A program made the translations under genes and the position numbers. 64,000 nt of DNA from Deltaproteobacteria bacterium (lineage in GTDB: Bacteria > Desulfobacterota_D > UBA1144 > Nemesobacterales > UBA2774): positions 58,785 through 122,784 of the forward strand of contig JAJCZS010000007.1 in assembly GCA_029262275.1 (NCBI GenBank), given 5' to 3'. The notes beneath the pieces were generated by a model that searched no databases, was not told where the DNA came from, and was given only the letters and a program-made list of their open reading frames with translations. Positions 47,591 to 57,691 of the stretch are shown one piece after another. Positions within the stretch are counted from its first letter, which is position 1; each line of letters starts with the position of its first letter.

Positions 47591-48919
47591 ATGGAACTTA
47601 AGGATAGAAAAATGCTAGTTGTCGGGCTTGGTAAAACGGGCCAAAATACTGTTAAATTCTTGCTCGGCAAGGGAGCTCATGTGAGAGTAAGCGACAGCTC
47701 GTCTATTAAAAAATTGGGCGACATAGCTAAAGAGCTAACTTCGCTAGGTGTCGAAATAGAGGCCGGAACTCACACGGATGAGACATTTCTTTGGGCCCAG
47801 ACCATAGTACTTAGTCCCGGTGTTCCATTTAGTATTCCGCAGGTTAAAAAAGCTATCAATGAGGGCATAGAAGTTATAAGTGAAGTAGAGCTTGCTTACC
47901 GATTTATAAAGACACCTATCATCGCAATTACCGGATCGAACGGTAAAACAACAACGTCTACACTGATAGCCAAAATACTTGAGAGAAATGGAAAGAGAGT
48001 TTTTTTGGGAGCAAATATCGGGACCCCACTTATTCAGATTGCAGAAGATTCAGAGAAGTATGACATCCTAGTGCTTGAGCTAAGTAGCTTCCAACTTCAG
48101 GGTATTAGGAGCTTTAGACCTGATGTGGCAGTAATACTTAATATATCTCCTAATCATCTTGACCATCATGAGTCGTTTGAAGAGTATGTGGAATCCAAGA
48201 TGAAGATCTACTCAAATCAGAGGGACAGTGACTGGTTTGTTTATAACAAAGAAGATGAGGTAATTGCCAAGTATCTACCTGATGTAAAGTCACAGAAAGT
48301 ACCTTTTGGTAAAAGCCATCTGACCGGTGGGGTGAGTTTTGACGGCTCTAAAATAATTTTCAGAGATGATAGCTACAGTATAGAAAATACTAAGCTCCTT
48401 GGCATACACAATATAGAAAATATGATGGCTGCAATTGCAGGAACTACTATATTAGGATGCGATCCCGTTTTAATCCAAGAGGAGATAGATAACTTTGAGC
48501 CCCTTGAGCATAGAAACGAGTATGTAGGATTACTCTCTGGCGCCAGTGTATACAACGATTCTAAATCAACCAGCCCAGCAGCGACCTTAAGGGCTTTAGA
48601 GAGTCTCCCTCAACCCATAATACTAATAGCTGGAGGAAAAGATAAGGGAGTTAGTTTTGAGCCCCTTAAGGATTTAGTAAAAGAAAAAGTGCGCCTTATG
48701 GTCTTGATCGGTGAGTCTAGATTTAGAATGAAAGATGAGCTGGGAGAAGATGTACAAAGCCTGTTTGCGGATACTCTTAGAGAAGCTTTAGAAATTACCA
48801 AGGAAAGTATAAAGCCACATGACAGCATCCTGTTCTCACCGGCATGCTCAAGTTTTGATATGTTTAATTCATACGAAGATAGGGGGGCTAAGTTTAAACA
48901 AATTGTTGAAAATCTTTGA
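47591..48919 (+). CDS. murD: UDP-N-acetylmuramoylalanine--D-glutamate ligase
   Basis: N-terminal Rossmann LVVGLGKTGQ and P-loop AITGSNGKTTTSTL. Confidence 0.9.
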   Translation: MELKDRKMLVVGLGKTGQNTVKFLLGKGAHVRVSDSSSIKKLGDIAKELTSLGVEIEAGTHTDETFLWAQTIVLSPGVPFSIPQVKKAINEGIEVISEVELAYRFIKTPIIAITGSNGKTTTSTLIAKILERNGKRVFLGANIGTPLIQIAEDSEKYDILVLELSSFQLQGIRSFRPDVAVILNISPNHLDHHESFEEYVESKMKIYSNQRDSDWFVYNKEDEVIAKYLPDVKSQKVPFGKSHLTGGVSFDGSKIIFRDDSYSIENTKLLGIHNIENMMAAIAGTTILGCDPVLIQEEIDNFEPLEHRNEYVGLLSGASVYNDSKSTSPAATLRALESLPQPIILIAGGKDKGVSFEPLKDLVKEKVRLMVLIGESRFRMKDELGEDVQSLFADTLREALEITKESIKPHDSILFSPACSSFDMFNSYEDRGAKFKQIVENL

Positions 48920-50012
48920 ACCCGCAAAGGGTAGGAATTATGATATTGGCGTTATTCTCTCGGCAGTTTTTCTAACCGCTGTGGGCGTGCTGATGGTCTA
49001 TAGCACAAGCTCGGTCTATTCTATGGAGAACTTTGGGGATCCGAACTACTACCTTAAACGCCACGCTATGTATCTTGCATTAGGACTTATATCAATGCTT
49101 GCAGTGCTCAGCATTGATTACAGAGTATATAGGAAGCTCGTTTATCCCGCATATATCGTAGGAATAGCATTACTCGTAGCAGTTCTCATAATTGGTAAGG
49201 ACGTTGGTGGTGCTAGAAGGTGGATTGATTTGGGGGCGTTTAGCTTCCAACCATCAGAGATTGCAAAGTATATTTTGGTTTTATATCTAGCGCATTCACT
49301 CACTAAGAAAAGAGATAAGGTCGATAGCTTTGTAGTTGGTTTTGCGTCCCATATTATGGTTGCTGGTATGTATGTAATACTGGTTCTACTAGAGCCTGAT
49401 TTCGGCACTGCTACAACCATGATTGCAGTTCTATTTGCAATGATGTTCATTGGTGAGGTAAGGATAAGATACCTTGTACCACTAGGATTAATATCGGTTG
49501 CTTTACTTTGCTTGGCCGTGCTTACAAAAGGCTATAGAATGAGACGAATTACGGCTTACTTAGATCCATGGCAAGACCCGCTTGGAGCAGGATATCAATC
49601 AATTCAGTCTTTTATTGCATTTGCTCTTGGGGGAGTATACGGCACGGGTCTTGGAGACAGCTCACAAAAACTATTCTTCTTACCTCAGGCCCATACTGAT
49701 TTTATCTTCTCAATTATTGGAGAAGAGCTTGGTTTTATAGGAGTGGTTCTGGTAATACTAGGCTTTATAGTATTGCTGGTTAGAAGCCTGCGTGTATCGC
49801 TCAGGGCACCAGATTTATTCGGCTGCTATCTAGTATTTGGCTGTGTAGTTCTAATTGCCCTTCAAGCAGGGATGAACATGGCTGTTGCGGTTGGTCTCTT
49901 CCCTACTAAAGGTCTTACACTTCCTTTCATAAGTTATGGCGGTACCTCTTTAATAACGAGTTTGACTGCAGTGGGTGTAATACTAAACGTATCTAGATCG
50001 GGAATAAAATGA
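48903..50012 (+). CDS. ftsW: peptidoglycan glycosyltransferase FtsW (SEDS family)
   Basis: 10-TM SEDS protein (…LGAGYQSIQSFIAFALGGVYGTGLGDS…PQAHTDFIFSIIGEELG…). The ORF track start (48819) overlaps murD by 100 nt. A TTG at ~48903/48906 is more plausible, but the start is uncertain. Confidence 0.85.
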   Translation: MLKIFEPAKGRNYDIGVILSAVFLTAVGVLMVYSTSSVYSMENFGDPNYYLKRHAMYLALGLISMLAVLSIDYRVYRKLVYPAYIVGIALLVAVLIIGKDVGGARRWIDLGAFSFQPSEIAKYILVLYLAHSLTKKRDKVDSFVVGFASHIMVAGMYVILVLLEPDFGTATTMIAVLFAMMFIGEVRIRYLVPLGLISVALLCLAVLTKGYRMRRITAYLDPWQDPLGAGYQSIQSFIAFALGGVYGTGLGDSSQKLFFLPQAHTDFIFSIIGEELGFIGVVLVILGFIVLLVRSLRVSLRAPDLFGCYLVFGCVVLIALQAGMNMAVAVGLFPTKGLTLPFISYGGTSLITSLTAVGVILNVSRSGIK

Positions 50013-51079
50013 AGATAATAATTGCTGGTGGAGGAACTGGGGGGCACGTGTTCCCCGCACTATCAATAGCAGGTGAAATCTCTGAGAGAGGGATGGGAGA
50101 TGAAATACTTTTTGTAGGTACACAAAAAGGCATGGAGAGCGAATTAGTTTTAAAAAATGGTTATCAAATAAAACATATTAGCTCTAGAGGTTTTGTAGGC
50201 CGGGGATTATTCAATACAGTATTAGCTTTTTTTTCTGCCTTAAAAGGTCTCTTCGATTCAATATCCATTATTAGAAAATATAAGCCGGATGTTGCCCTGG
50301 GTGTAGGTGGATATGTCTCGGGTCCTTTCTTGCTTGCAGCCGTACTACTTAGAATTCCAACTGCAATATGTGAGCAAAACACTGTTCCGGGAGTGACAAA
50401 CCGCATTCTTGGAAAAATTGTAAATACCATTTTTGCCTCCTTTGATTCGAGTGTTCAGTATTTCCCATCTAAGAAAGTTCTCATAACAGGTAACCCGATC
50501 AGAAAAGACATCATTGATGCCCCAAGTAATTCTAAAGACGCAGATTCTTTAGCAGTTTTAGTATTTGGTGGAAGTCAGGGTGCATATTCTCTAAATAGAT
50601 TTCTTCCCGAAGCATTTTCTAAAATTGACAGCGGCAATATCTCGATTGTTCATCAGACCGGGAAGAAAGATTATAACTTTGTTAAGCAGCTTTATAGCGA
50701 TCATAGGGTAGAAGCCCAGGTACTAGAATTCATAGATGATATGGCAGGCGCATATGGAAAATCAGATCTTGTTATAGGCAGGGCTGGGGCTGGTACGATT
50801 GCTGAAATTACTGCCCTAGGAAAACCCTCTTTGCTAGTTCCCTTTCCCTATGCTGCACACGATCACCAGTTAGAGAATGCTAAAATTTTGGAAGACCGTG
50901 GGGCTGCAGTACTTATTGAAGATAAAGACGCAACACCAGAAAAATTAGCTCTTACATTGACCTATCTAATGGACGGAGACAAACTTAATATAATGTCTGC
51001 AAATGCTAAAAAATTGGGCAGGCCAGAGGCCTCAAAAGAAATAGTAGACGAGTTATATAAATTGGCTGGAGATAAATAG
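50009..51079 (+). CDS. murG: UDP-N-acetylglucosamine--N-acetylmuramyl-(pentapeptide) pyrophosphoryl-undecaprenol N-acetylglucosamine transferase
   Basis: IIIAGGGTGGHVFPALSIA N-terminus, a GT28 C-domain and a G-loop (GGSQGA). 4-nt overlap with ftsW. Confidence 0.9.
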   Translation: MKIIIAGGGTGGHVFPALSIAGEISERGMGDEILFVGTQKGMESELVLKNGYQIKHISSRGFVGRGLFNTVLAFFSALKGLFDSISIIRKYKPDVALGVGGYVSGPFLLAAVLLRIPTAICEQNTVPGVTNRILGKIVNTIFASFDSSVQYFPSKKVLITGNPIRKDIIDAPSNSKDADSLAVLVFGGSQGAYSLNRFLPEAFSKIDSGNISIVHQTGKKDYNFVKQLYSDHRVEAQVLEFIDDMAGAYGKSDLVIGRAGAGTIAEITALGKPSLLVPFPYAAHDHQLENAKILEDRGAAVLIEDKDATPEKLALTLTYLMDGDKLNIMSANAKKLGRPEASKEIVDELYKLAGDK

Positions 51080-52443
51080 TGTACGGAAAAATAAGACGGA
51101 TTCATTTTGTGGGGATAGGCGGCATCGGGATGAGTGGTATAGCCGAAGTTTTGCTGAACATGGGATATGAAATTTCTGGCTCAGACATAGGTCAGTCATC
51201 TACTGTGAAAAGGCTTAAAGATTTAGGCGCAGCAATTGCCATAGGGCATAGTGCTGAAAATGTAGAGGGCTCAGGGGTAGTAGTTACCTCCTCTGCCATA
51301 AGGCCTGATAACCCAGAGGTGGTAAGAGCTAAGGAGATTAACATCCCTGTTATCCCAAGGGCCGAGATGTTGGCCGAGCTTATGAGGCTTCGCTATGGTA
51401 TAGCTGTTGCCGGAAGCCACGGCAAAACAACAACTACCTCTATGGTTGCTGCTGTGCTTTCATACGGCAAGTTAGACCCCACCATTGTGGTTGGTGGAAA
51501 AGTGAAATCTATGGGCACGAATGCGCGTCTTGGAAGAGGAGACTTCATGGTTGTCGAGGCTGATGAGAGCGATGGGTCTTTCCTTAGACTTTCCCCTGTT
51601 ATCTCAGTGCTTACAAATATAGATGAAGAACATATGGACTACTATAAAGATATGGCTGAGCTAGAGGGAGCATTTACAACTTTTTTAAACAAGATTCCTT
51701 TTTACGGACTCTCGGTGCTCTGTGTTGACTGCCCTCGTGTAAAAGCGCTGTCTAAAGATTTCAAAAAAAGAGTGATAACTTATGGTTTTGATCAAGATGC
51801 AGAGTTAAGAGCTGAAAATGTAACTATCTCAGGCTTTGAAACAAAGTTCGATGTATTTCTAAAAGATTCTCCTTTGGGCTCTGTAACCCTTAATGTCCCT
51901 GGTCGTCATAATGCCCAAAACGCACTTGCCGCAATTGCAATTGGTATGGAGCTGGGAATGAGTTTTGAGGATGTGAGCCATGGGCTAACTGAGTTTCATG
52001 GTATAGACAGAAGGCTACAAGTAAAAGGTGAGGGAAGGGGCGTCACAGTTATTGATGATTATGCACACCATCCAAGGGAGATTGAAGTTACACTCTCTGC
52101 CATAAAAGAATCCCACGTGGGCAGAGTGGTTGTTATCTTTCAGCCTCATAGGTACAGCAGGACCAAATTGTTGTTTGAAGAGTTTGCGGAAGTGCTTACA
52201 CAGGCAGATATGCTCTATATAATGGATATATATCCTGCTGGAGAAGATCCCATCGAAGGAATAACTTCACAAAAACTATATGAGTCAGTAAAAGAAAAAG
52301 GCTTGAGCAATATTACTTACCTCCGTGGTGACGACATGGTCTCAACTGTTGTAGATAGTTTGGGTCCTAATGACATAGTGCTCACTCTTGGGGCGGGCAA
52401 CATCTGGGCTTTTGGAGAAAAGATAGTCGAGGAGCTTAGGTGA
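51079..52443 (+). CDS. murC: UDP-N-acetylmuramate--L-alanine ligase
   Basis: IHFVGIGGIGMSGIAEVL and the P-loop VAGSHGKTTTTSM. Confidence 0.9.
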   Translation: MYGKIRRIHFVGIGGIGMSGIAEVLLNMGYEISGSDIGQSSTVKRLKDLGAAIAIGHSAENVEGSGVVVTSSAIRPDNPEVVRAKEINIPVIPRAEMLAELMRLRYGIAVAGSHGKTTTTSMVAAVLSYGKLDPTIVVGGKVKSMGTNARLGRGDFMVVEADESDGSFLRLSPVISVLTNIDEEHMDYYKDMAELEGAFTTFLNKIPFYGLSVLCVDCPRVKALSKDFKKRVITYGFDQDAELRAENVTISGFETKFDVFLKDSPLGSVTLNVPGRHNAQNALAAIAIGMELGMSFEDVSHGLTEFHGIDRRLQVKGEGRGVTVIDDYAHHPREIEVTLSAIKESHVGRVVVIFQPHRYSRTKLLFEEFAEVLTQADMLYIMDIYPAGEDPIEGITSQKLYESVKEKGLSNITYLRGDDMVSTVVDSLGPNDIVLTLGAGNIWAFGEKIVEELR

Positions 52444-53342
52444 AGGATTTGATTGGAAAAATTGAGAATATTGGCTGTGGTGTAAGCTGCCAATATCCAA
52501 TGAACAAATACACTTGGCTCAGAGTAGGCGGTCATGCAGATGTGGTGGTCCAACCCAATAGCTACGAACAATTTATTGAGCTTCTAAATCTGCTGTCTTC
52601 TTCAGATACTCCTTGGGTAGTACTGGGGGAGGGGTCCAACACCATAGTCTACGATAAAGGTATTTCTGGAGTAGTTATTTCTACAAAGAAGCTAAAGAAG
52701 GTCGAGATCATCGAAGATACTAAGGTAATGGCAGAGGCAGGTGCAATACTAGGAACCATCCTAAATAAGACTATCAAAGCTGGGCTGACTGGGTTTGAAT
52801 TTGCAGCTGGAATTCCAGGCACCGTTGGTGGTGGAATATTTATGAATGCTGGGGCAAATAATGGGGAGATAAAAGATGTGGTTGATACAGTTTGGATCTG
52901 GTTAGCTGGAAGGGAAATTGCAATTGAAAGAAAAGAGATAAAGTTTGAGTACCGAAAAAGTAATTTGCCCAAGGGTAGTGTTGTAACAAAGGCACTATTT
53001 AAGCTCCAAAGTGGAGACAGTGCCCAAAGTGAGCAAAATGTAAAGGATTATATGGCCAAAAGGAATTCTACTCAGCCCATTAAAATGTCTAATACGGGTT
53101 CTATATTTAAAAACCCTCCTGAGATTGCGGCAGGCCAGTTAATTGAGGAGCTAGGTCTTAAGGGTTTTAAGATCGGCGGTGCTCAGTTCTCTGATCTCCA
53201 TGCAAATTTTATTGTCAATGCAGGAGGCGCTAGTGCCCAGGATGTTTTGGAATTAATTGAGCTTGCAAAAAATGAAGCGCTTTCAAAAAAAGGAATAAAA
53301 CTCGAGACTGAAGTTAGAGTAATAGGAAATAAAGAAAAGTGA
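52440..53342 (+). CDS. murB: UDP-N-acetylenolpyruvoylglucosamine reductase
   Basis: FAD-binding PCMH domain (…LGEGSNTIVYDKG…) and MurB C-domain. 4-nt overlaps with both neighbours. Confidence 0.9.
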   Translation: MKDLIGKIENIGCGVSCQYPMNKYTWLRVGGHADVVVQPNSYEQFIELLNLLSSSDTPWVVLGEGSNTIVYDKGISGVVISTKKLKKVEIIEDTKVMAEAGAILGTILNKTIKAGLTGFEFAAGIPGTVGGGIFMNAGANNGEIKDVVDTVWIWLAGREIAIERKEIKFEYRKSNLPKGSVVTKALFKLQSGDSAQSEQNVKDYMAKRNSTQPIKMSNTGSIFKNPPEIAAGQLIEELGLKGFKIGGAQFSDLHANFIVNAGGASAQDVLELIELAKNEALSKKGIKLETEVRVIGNKEK

Positions 53343-54109
53343 TTGAGCTAAATAAGGAAGAGACTAATTTTTCTTATCTTAAGTACATAAAGATTCTCTC
53401 GGTTTTTGTCGTACTGATCTTGTTGGGAGTATCCGCCTATTTTACTCTTCACCTTGGAATTTTCACCGTTCAGGAAATAAGTATTAGCGGGAATACAAAG
53501 ATAAAGGAAAAAGAAATTCTTAAGAGATCGGGTCTGAGGGAGGGTGAGAGCAGTATATTCTTTTTTGAGAATTCTGTGGAGCAAAGGATATTAAAGAATC
53601 CCTGGGTCAAGGGAGTTTCAGTTACAAAAGAATTCCCTAAGAAGGTTTATATTAATATTGAAGAAGAAAAGTCTTACTGCCTCATTCTTAATGAAGACGG
53701 CAATCTTCTCTATTTAAGCAAGGAAGGAAAGCGCCTTGGACCATCAAATTTTGATGAAGGTCTTGATTTTCCCGTTCTGATAGGCGAAGGTATAAATGAC
53801 GCGGATCTTGTTAGTGAGGCGATACAATTATTGGAGTTATCTTCAGAAAGCAAAGTTCTTAACTGGAACAAGATTTCTGAAATCCATCTTGATTCAATAT
53901 ACGGAATTAACTTATTTACGGTTGATAAAAAACGTATCGAATTTGATACTAAGAACATTGTGAATAAGTGGCGCAAGGTCGAAAAAATAATTACTCATGC
54001 AGAAATGATGGGTATAGAAGAAAAATACATTAACATTAGCTTAGATAATATGGGTGTGGTTAATTTTGATTTACCTGTTGTAAAAACAGGCACCGAAGAA
54101 GATGGGTAA
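53339..54109 (+). CDS. ftsQ: cell division protein FtsQ
   Basis: Bitopic: an N-terminal TM helix, a POTRA-like domain and an FtsQ beta domain. Located between murB and ftsA. There is no ddl gene between them. Confidence 0.7.
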   Translation: MIELNKEETNFSYLKYIKILSVFVVLILLGVSAYFTLHLGIFTVQEISISGNTKIKEKEILKRSGLREGESSIFFFENSVEQRILKNPWVKGVSVTKEFPKKVYINIEEEKSYCLILNEDGNLLYLSKEGKRLGPSNFDEGLDFPVLIGEGINDADLVSEAIQLLELSSESKVLNWNKISEIHLDSIYGINLFTVDKKRIEFDTKNIVNKWRKVEKIITHAEMMGIEEKYINISLDNMGVVNFDLPVVKTGTEEDG

Positions 54110-55334
54110 AGAGCAAAACTTAATAATAGGTTTGGACATTGGCACAACAAAAATTTGTGCAATGGTCGGCGAACTCAATCCACAAACTGAAGAAGTTGAA
54201 ATCATAGGTGTAGGCACATATCCCTCTTTTGGCCTCAAAAGAGGCGTCGTGGTCAATATCGAAAACACTATTCAATCGGTCAAAAATGCGGTAGAAGAAG
54301 CCGAGCATATGGCGGGCTGTGAGATACGGACTGTGTTTGTAGGTATTGCTGGCGGCCATATAAAGGGGATCAGTGGTCACGGGATGATCACAATAAGAGA
54401 GCGTGAGGTAGCAAGGCGTGATTTGGATAGGGTTATAGAGTCTGCCAACGCTGTGTTGATTCCTGCAGATAGGGAAATAATTCATGTCATACCACAAGAA
54501 TATATAGTCGATGGCCAGGCTGGAATTAAAGATCCGGTTGGTATCTATGGTATCAAGCTTGAGACAAAGGTTCATATCGTCACAGGCCAGGTCACCGCAG
54601 CTCAAAACTTAGTAAAGTGTATTCACGGCGCAGGTATGGATGTTGCCGATGTTGTTCTAGAGCAACTTGCTTCAAGTGAGGCAGTTTTAACAGAAGACGA
54701 GAAAGAAATAGGGGTAGTTTTAATTGACTGCGGGGGCGGGACAACAGACATTGCAATATTTGTAGGTGGGAGCATAAGATATACTGAAAATGTAACACTC
54801 GGAGGAGATAATATAGACAGAGACATTGCTCTTGGCCTATCAACTCCACTTGCAGAGGCTAGAAAAATAAAAGAAAAGCACGGCACTGCATTGGCAGAGC
54901 TTGTTTCTCCTGAAGAAGAGATAGAAGTACCCAGTGTAGGGGGCAAACATTTCAGGAAGGTCTCCAGAAAAGATCTTGCAATGGTTATTGAGCCCAGAAT
55001 GGAGGAGATATTTGCTCTTGCAAAGACCGAAATTCAAAAATCAGGTTATGCAGAATTGGTCCCGGCAGGTGTTGTTATAACTGGCGGTAGTGTTATTATG
55101 AATGGTACGGTAGAGCTCTCCGAGCGAGTGCTTGAAATGCCTGTTAGAATGGGCATTCCAACAGCCGTTGGCGGTTTAACTGATATAATTGCAAACCCCG
55201 TTTACTCCACTGGAGTAGGGCTGGTTATGTATGGTGCGGGGTATACAGGGGATAAGAAACTCCGGATAAGAGATGAAAATGTGTTTAAAAAAATATTTGA
55301 TAGTATGAAAAACTGGTTTCAAGAGTTTTTTTAG
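54102..55334 (+). CDS. ftsA: cell division protein FtsA
   Basis: Actin-fold protein with IGLDIGTTKICAMVGE and DCGGGTTDIAIF phosphate motifs. Confidence 0.9.
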   Translation: MGKEQNLIIGLDIGTTKICAMVGELNPQTEEVEIIGVGTYPSFGLKRGVVVNIENTIQSVKNAVEEAEHMAGCEIRTVFVGIAGGHIKGISGHGMITIREREVARRDLDRVIESANAVLIPADREIIHVIPQEYIVDGQAGIKDPVGIYGIKLETKVHIVTGQVTAAQNLVKCIHGAGMDVADVVLEQLASSEAVLTEDEKEIGVVLIDCGGGTTDIAIFVGGSIRYTENVTLGGDNIDRDIALGLSTPLAEARKIKEKHGTALAELVSPEEEIEVPSVGGKHFRKVSRKDLAMVIEPRMEEIFALAKTEIQKSGYAELVPAGVVITGGSVIMNGTVELSERVLEMPVRMGIPTAVGGLTDIIANPVYSTGVGLVMYGAGYTGDKKLRIRDENVFKKIFDSMKNWFQEFF

Positions 55335-55391
55335 GTTACAATGAAATTAGGTTACCACTCAATAATATATCTTGCAGGAGGATGATAGGTT

Positions 55392-56471
55392 ATGGCCAAG
55401 TTTGAACTCGAAGATACTAATGTAGAACAAAAAGCAAAAATAAAAGTCGTAGGGGCCGGCGGTGCTGGTGGGAATGCCGTCAACGCGATGATAGAAAGAG
55501 GTCTAAATGGTGTAGAGTTTGTCGTTGCAAACACTGATGCTCAGGACCTGCGAAAATCACTTGCTCCTACAAAACTACAGATTGGCACAAGAACTACAAA
55601 GGGTTTAGGATCTGGCGGAAATCCAAATCTTGGTAGAGAAGCTGCTATAGAGGATCAAGCAAAGATAGCAGAAGCACTTGATGGTGCTGACATGGTATTT
55701 ATAACGGCTGGTATGGGTGGTGGTACCGGTACTGGCGCTTCCCCTATTATTGCACAAGCCGCTAGAGAAATTGGTGCTTTGACAATTGGAGTGGTAACAA
55801 AGCCATTTGGCTTTGAAGGTCCAAAGAGAAACAAGCAGGCTATAGAAGGTATTGGCAATATGGACGGTGAAGTTGATACACTTATCGTAATACCTAACGA
55901 TAGACTAGCTGAAGTTCATAAAGTAAGCATTCTAGATGCATTTAAAAAAGCTGATGAAGTCCTTCATCAAGCAGTTCGCGGCATATCCGACATAATTACA
56001 GGCACAGGATATATCAATGTGGATTTTGCTGACGTAAAAAGTATTATGGGTGAGAATGGTGGTAAAGCTCTTATGGGTGCTGGTTATGCAGAAGGTGCTA
56101 ACAGAGCGATTGAAGCTGCTGAATCTGCTATAACAAGTCCTCTGCTCGAAGACATCTCAATAGATGGAGCAACCGGAATACTACTCAACGTTACTGCTTC
56201 TCCTGATTTTGGAATAGAAGAACTTAACGAAGCATGCAATTATATAAAAGAAAGAGCACATCAGGATGTGAATTTGATTTTCGGATTAGTTTTCAACCAT
56301 GATTTCAAAGAAGCAGTTCAGCTTACCGTAATCGCGACAGGAATAAATTCTGCTAAGGCTGAAAAACTACAGCCGGTTGTTACGCAGCTACCTTCAGAAG
56401 TTGGTGATGATGAATTTGAAATACCTGCTTTTATAAGAAGACGCGGTGTGCAAGATAGTCAAGAAGGTTAG
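55392..56471 (+). CDS. ftsZ: cell division GTPase FtsZ
   Basis: Tubulin signature GGGTGTG (AGMGGGTGTGASPIIAQ), a T7 loop (NVDFADV) and the C-terminal conserved peptide (DDEFEIPAFIRRR). AGGAGG SD 9 nt upstream. Confidence 0.95.
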   Translation: MAKFELEDTNVEQKAKIKVVGAGGAGGNAVNAMIERGLNGVEFVVANTDAQDLRKSLAPTKLQIGTRTTKGLGSGGNPNLGREAAIEDQAKIAEALDGADMVFITAGMGGGTGTGASPIIAQAAREIGALTIGVVTKPFGFEGPKRNKQAIEGIGNMDGEVDTLIVIPNDRLAEVHKVSILDAFKKADEVLHQAVRGISDIITGTGYINVDFADVKSIMGENGGKALMGAGYAEGANRAIEAAESAITSPLLEDISIDGATGILLNVTASPDFGIEELNEACNYIKERAHQDVNLIFGLVFNHDFKEAVQLTVIATGINSAKAEKLQPVVTQLPSEVGDDEFEIPAFIRRRGVQDSQEG

Positions 56472-56498
56472 TAACTAGCCTTTAATATTAGGTTTTTA

Positions 56499-56535
56499 AC
56501 TGAAAAACAAGCGAGCAAATCTTGGCTTGCTTGTC
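56499..56535 (-). terminator. putative rho-independent terminator of the nadD-rsfS operon (minus strand), downstream of the ftsZ stop
   Basis: Hairpin ACAAGCGAGC-aaatcttg-GCTTGCTTGT. On the minus strand it is followed by TTTTTCAGTT. Confidence 0.45.
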
Positions 56536-56554
56536 TAAATAGGCAATAAGTCAT

Positions 56555-56950
56555 TTATCTATATGTTTCTTGGGAAGCTTTCGATTCAATATTGGGTGGT
56601 TTATCTTCAAATGATAATTCTACTCTTGGGGCGTCTATCCATAAACTCTCTATATTATAGAATTCTCTAAGCGGCTCGTAAAAGACATGTGCAACAACAT
56701 CAAACGAGTCAACAAGGACCCACTGTCCTTCCCTGTAGCCCTCAATGCCTATTATCTTCTGTCCTGCTTCCTTTAGCTGCATCTCTATGTTGTCTACTAT
56801 AGTCTTAACACCTCGGGCAGAGTTAGCACTGCATACAAGAAAGTAATCTGTTACGTCACTTGTGGATTTAACCTCAAGCAGTTGAGGGTTAACGGCCTGT
56901 TTTTCCCAGGCTGCGTGAGCAACCTTGATAGCTTTATTTTTAGAGTCTAT
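56555..56950 (-). CDS. rsfS: ribosomal silencing factor RsfS (Iojap/YbeB)
   Basis: The C-terminal half (MQLKEAGQKIIGIEGYREGQWVLVDSFDVVAHVFYEPLREFYNIESLW) is the ORF-track ORF. Translating the same frame upstream gives the RsfS N-half (…LLEVKSTSDVTDYFLVCSANSARGVKTIVDNIE) with no in-frame ATG/GTG/TTG before the stop at 56996-98. The start is therefore uncertain or non-canonical. This is the conserved nadD-rsfS pair. Confidence 0.7.
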   Translation of the reverse strand: MDSKNKAIKVAHAAWEKQAVNPQLLEVKSTSDVTDYFLVCSANSARGVKTIVDNIEMQLKEAGQKIIGIEGYREGQWVLVDSFDVVAHVFYEPLREFYNIESLWIDAPRVELSFEDKPPNIESKASQETYR

Positions 56951-57642
56951 TGAGTGGCCTCCTGAGTATATAGCTTCTGTGCCGATATATATTCTTCAAC
57001 GCTACGTGGAACAAGGTGTTTTATGGATTGTTTTGATTTAACAAAGGATCTTATCTCGGTTGATGAAATCTCAATTCCTTTGATTTCAATAAACACAATG
57101 TTTTTATTTTTAAGTGTACTATCCTTCGTATTAGTATATGAAATAACGTTTTCGATAACATTATAATATCGAAAATCATCTTCAAGTGCAAGTGGAACTT
57201 TGCTTGAATCCATGTCTGAATAGCCGGGTCTTGTAATAACGGCAAAGTTGGAGAGTTCAAACAATTTTTTATAATCTTTCCAACTCTCTATATTGTTAAA
57301 GAGCTCATGGCCGACTATAAAGTAAAATTCCACATCAGGCTCTATAGTACTAAAGTGCTCAAGAGTTTTTATAGTGTATGAGGGGGATTTAGAGTTGAGC
57401 TCAAACTCTGAGACTTCAAAATCCGGATTTTCTTCTATCGCTAACTTTATCATCTCCAGTCTGTCTTGAGCAGGAGTTATATTTGCGTTTTCTTTATGCG
57501 GCGGGTTGCCAGATGGTATGAAATATATTTTATCAAGGTCCAGTATGTGCTCTATCTCTTGAGCGGCACTTAAGTGTCCCAAATGGATTGGGTCGAAGGT
57601 CCCTCCGAAAAGCCCTATTTTCTTTTGCTTAATTTCACTCAT
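56947..57642 (-). CDS. nadD: nicotinate-nucleotide adenylyltransferase
   Basis: IGLFGGTFDPIHLGHL (HxGH nucleotidyltransferase motif) and the ISSTEIR motif. Confidence 0.85.
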   Translation of the reverse strand: MSEIKQKKIGLFGGTFDPIHLGHLSAAQEIEHILDLDKIYFIPSGNPPHKENANITPAQDRLEMIKLAIEENPDFEVSEFELNSKSPSYTIKTLEHFSTIEPDVEFYFIVGHELFNNIESWKDYKKLFELSNFAVITRPGYSDMDSSKVPLALEDDFRYYNVIENVISYTNTKDSTLKNKNIVFIEIKGIEISSTEIRSFVKSKQSIKHLVPRSVEEYISAQKLYTQEATQ

Positions 57643-57691
57643 AAACTATAGTAAATTCTAACATTTTATAAGATATACGCTCTATAAAGAA

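Noticed and set aside
48819-48902. 5' extension of the ftsW ORF overlapping murD by 100 nt
   Set aside because: The extension (MTASCSHRHAQVLICLIH…) has no FtsW homology and lies wholly inside murD. The true start is probably the TTG at ~48903/48906.
54120-55037. Cluster of minus-strand ORFs (54120-54605, 54592-54849, 54623-54946, 54840-55037) antisense to ftsA
   Set aside because: ftsA homology on the plus strand is unambiguous. The antisense ORFs are short and have no homology.
55335-55391. Possible internal promoter in the ftsA-ftsZ spacer (TTACAA-17-TCAATA)
   Set aside because: The -10 element is poor and the direct GGTTAC repeats lack support. An ftsZ-proximal promoter is plausible biologically but cannot be called from the sequence alone.
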